Source: a virus
Taxonomy: Duplodnaviria > Caudoviricetes
DNA: 36,628 bases
Direction: 5' to 3' (one strand)
IMG/VR virus record: IMGVR_UViG_3300030376_000807
Location: 1-36,628 of that record
The notes below the pieces were generated by a model. That model did no database searches and was not told where the DNA came from. It worked only from the letters and a program-made list of their open reading frames with translations. A program made the translations under genes and the position numbers. This document shows, piece by piece, positions 36,622 to 36,628 of the stretch. Each line of letters begins with the position of its first letter. The stretch's first letter is position 1.

Positions 36622-36628
36622 AATTAAA

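Larger units (their letters stand above)
1..36628 (-). mobile_element. T7-like podovirus (Autographiviridae) genome segment, probable marine cyanophage
   Basis: T7 gene order RNAP-SSB-endonuclease-primase/helicase-exonuclease-portal-scaffold-capsid-tail tubes-internal proteins-fibre; tightly packed ATGA/TAATG overlaps; no host genes. Cyanobacterial host is inferred from resemblance of accessory genes to cyanophage proteins. Confidence 0.95.

Noticed and set aside
1-36628. Phage RNAP promoter consensus, tRNAs, introns/inteins, psbA/hli/talC, terminase
   Set aside because: No repeated promoter-length motif found by eye, no cloverleaf or interrupted core gene seen, and no ORF has these motifs; a MEME search and flanking sequence are needed.

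Overview
Most of the genome of an AT-rich T7-like podovirus (Autographiviridae), very probably a marine cyanophage (host inferred from gene types, not shown). Nearly all genes are on the minus strand. From right to left they run: small early genes, a ribbon-helix-helix protein, single-subunit RNA polymerase, SSB, endonuclease I, primase-helicase, a compact C5-methyltransferase-like gene where DNA polymerase normally sits, 5'-3' exonuclease, portal, scaffold, capsid, tail tubes A/B, four internal virion proteins and two tail fibres. No DNA polymerase, ribonucleotide reductase, photosynthesis gene, integrase, recognisable endolysin or terminase is present in the window; terminase presumably lies outside it. 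The left ~3 kb is a convergent block of unknown membrane or exported proteins, including four plus-strand genes, and is the best candidate for an undescribed system. Other oddities are apparent GGWCC/CCGG avoidance, a fibre module shared with tail tube B, an S74-like domain on an internal protein, a zincin motif in the giant ejection protein, a perfect 67-bp intragenic repeat and a structured capsid leader.
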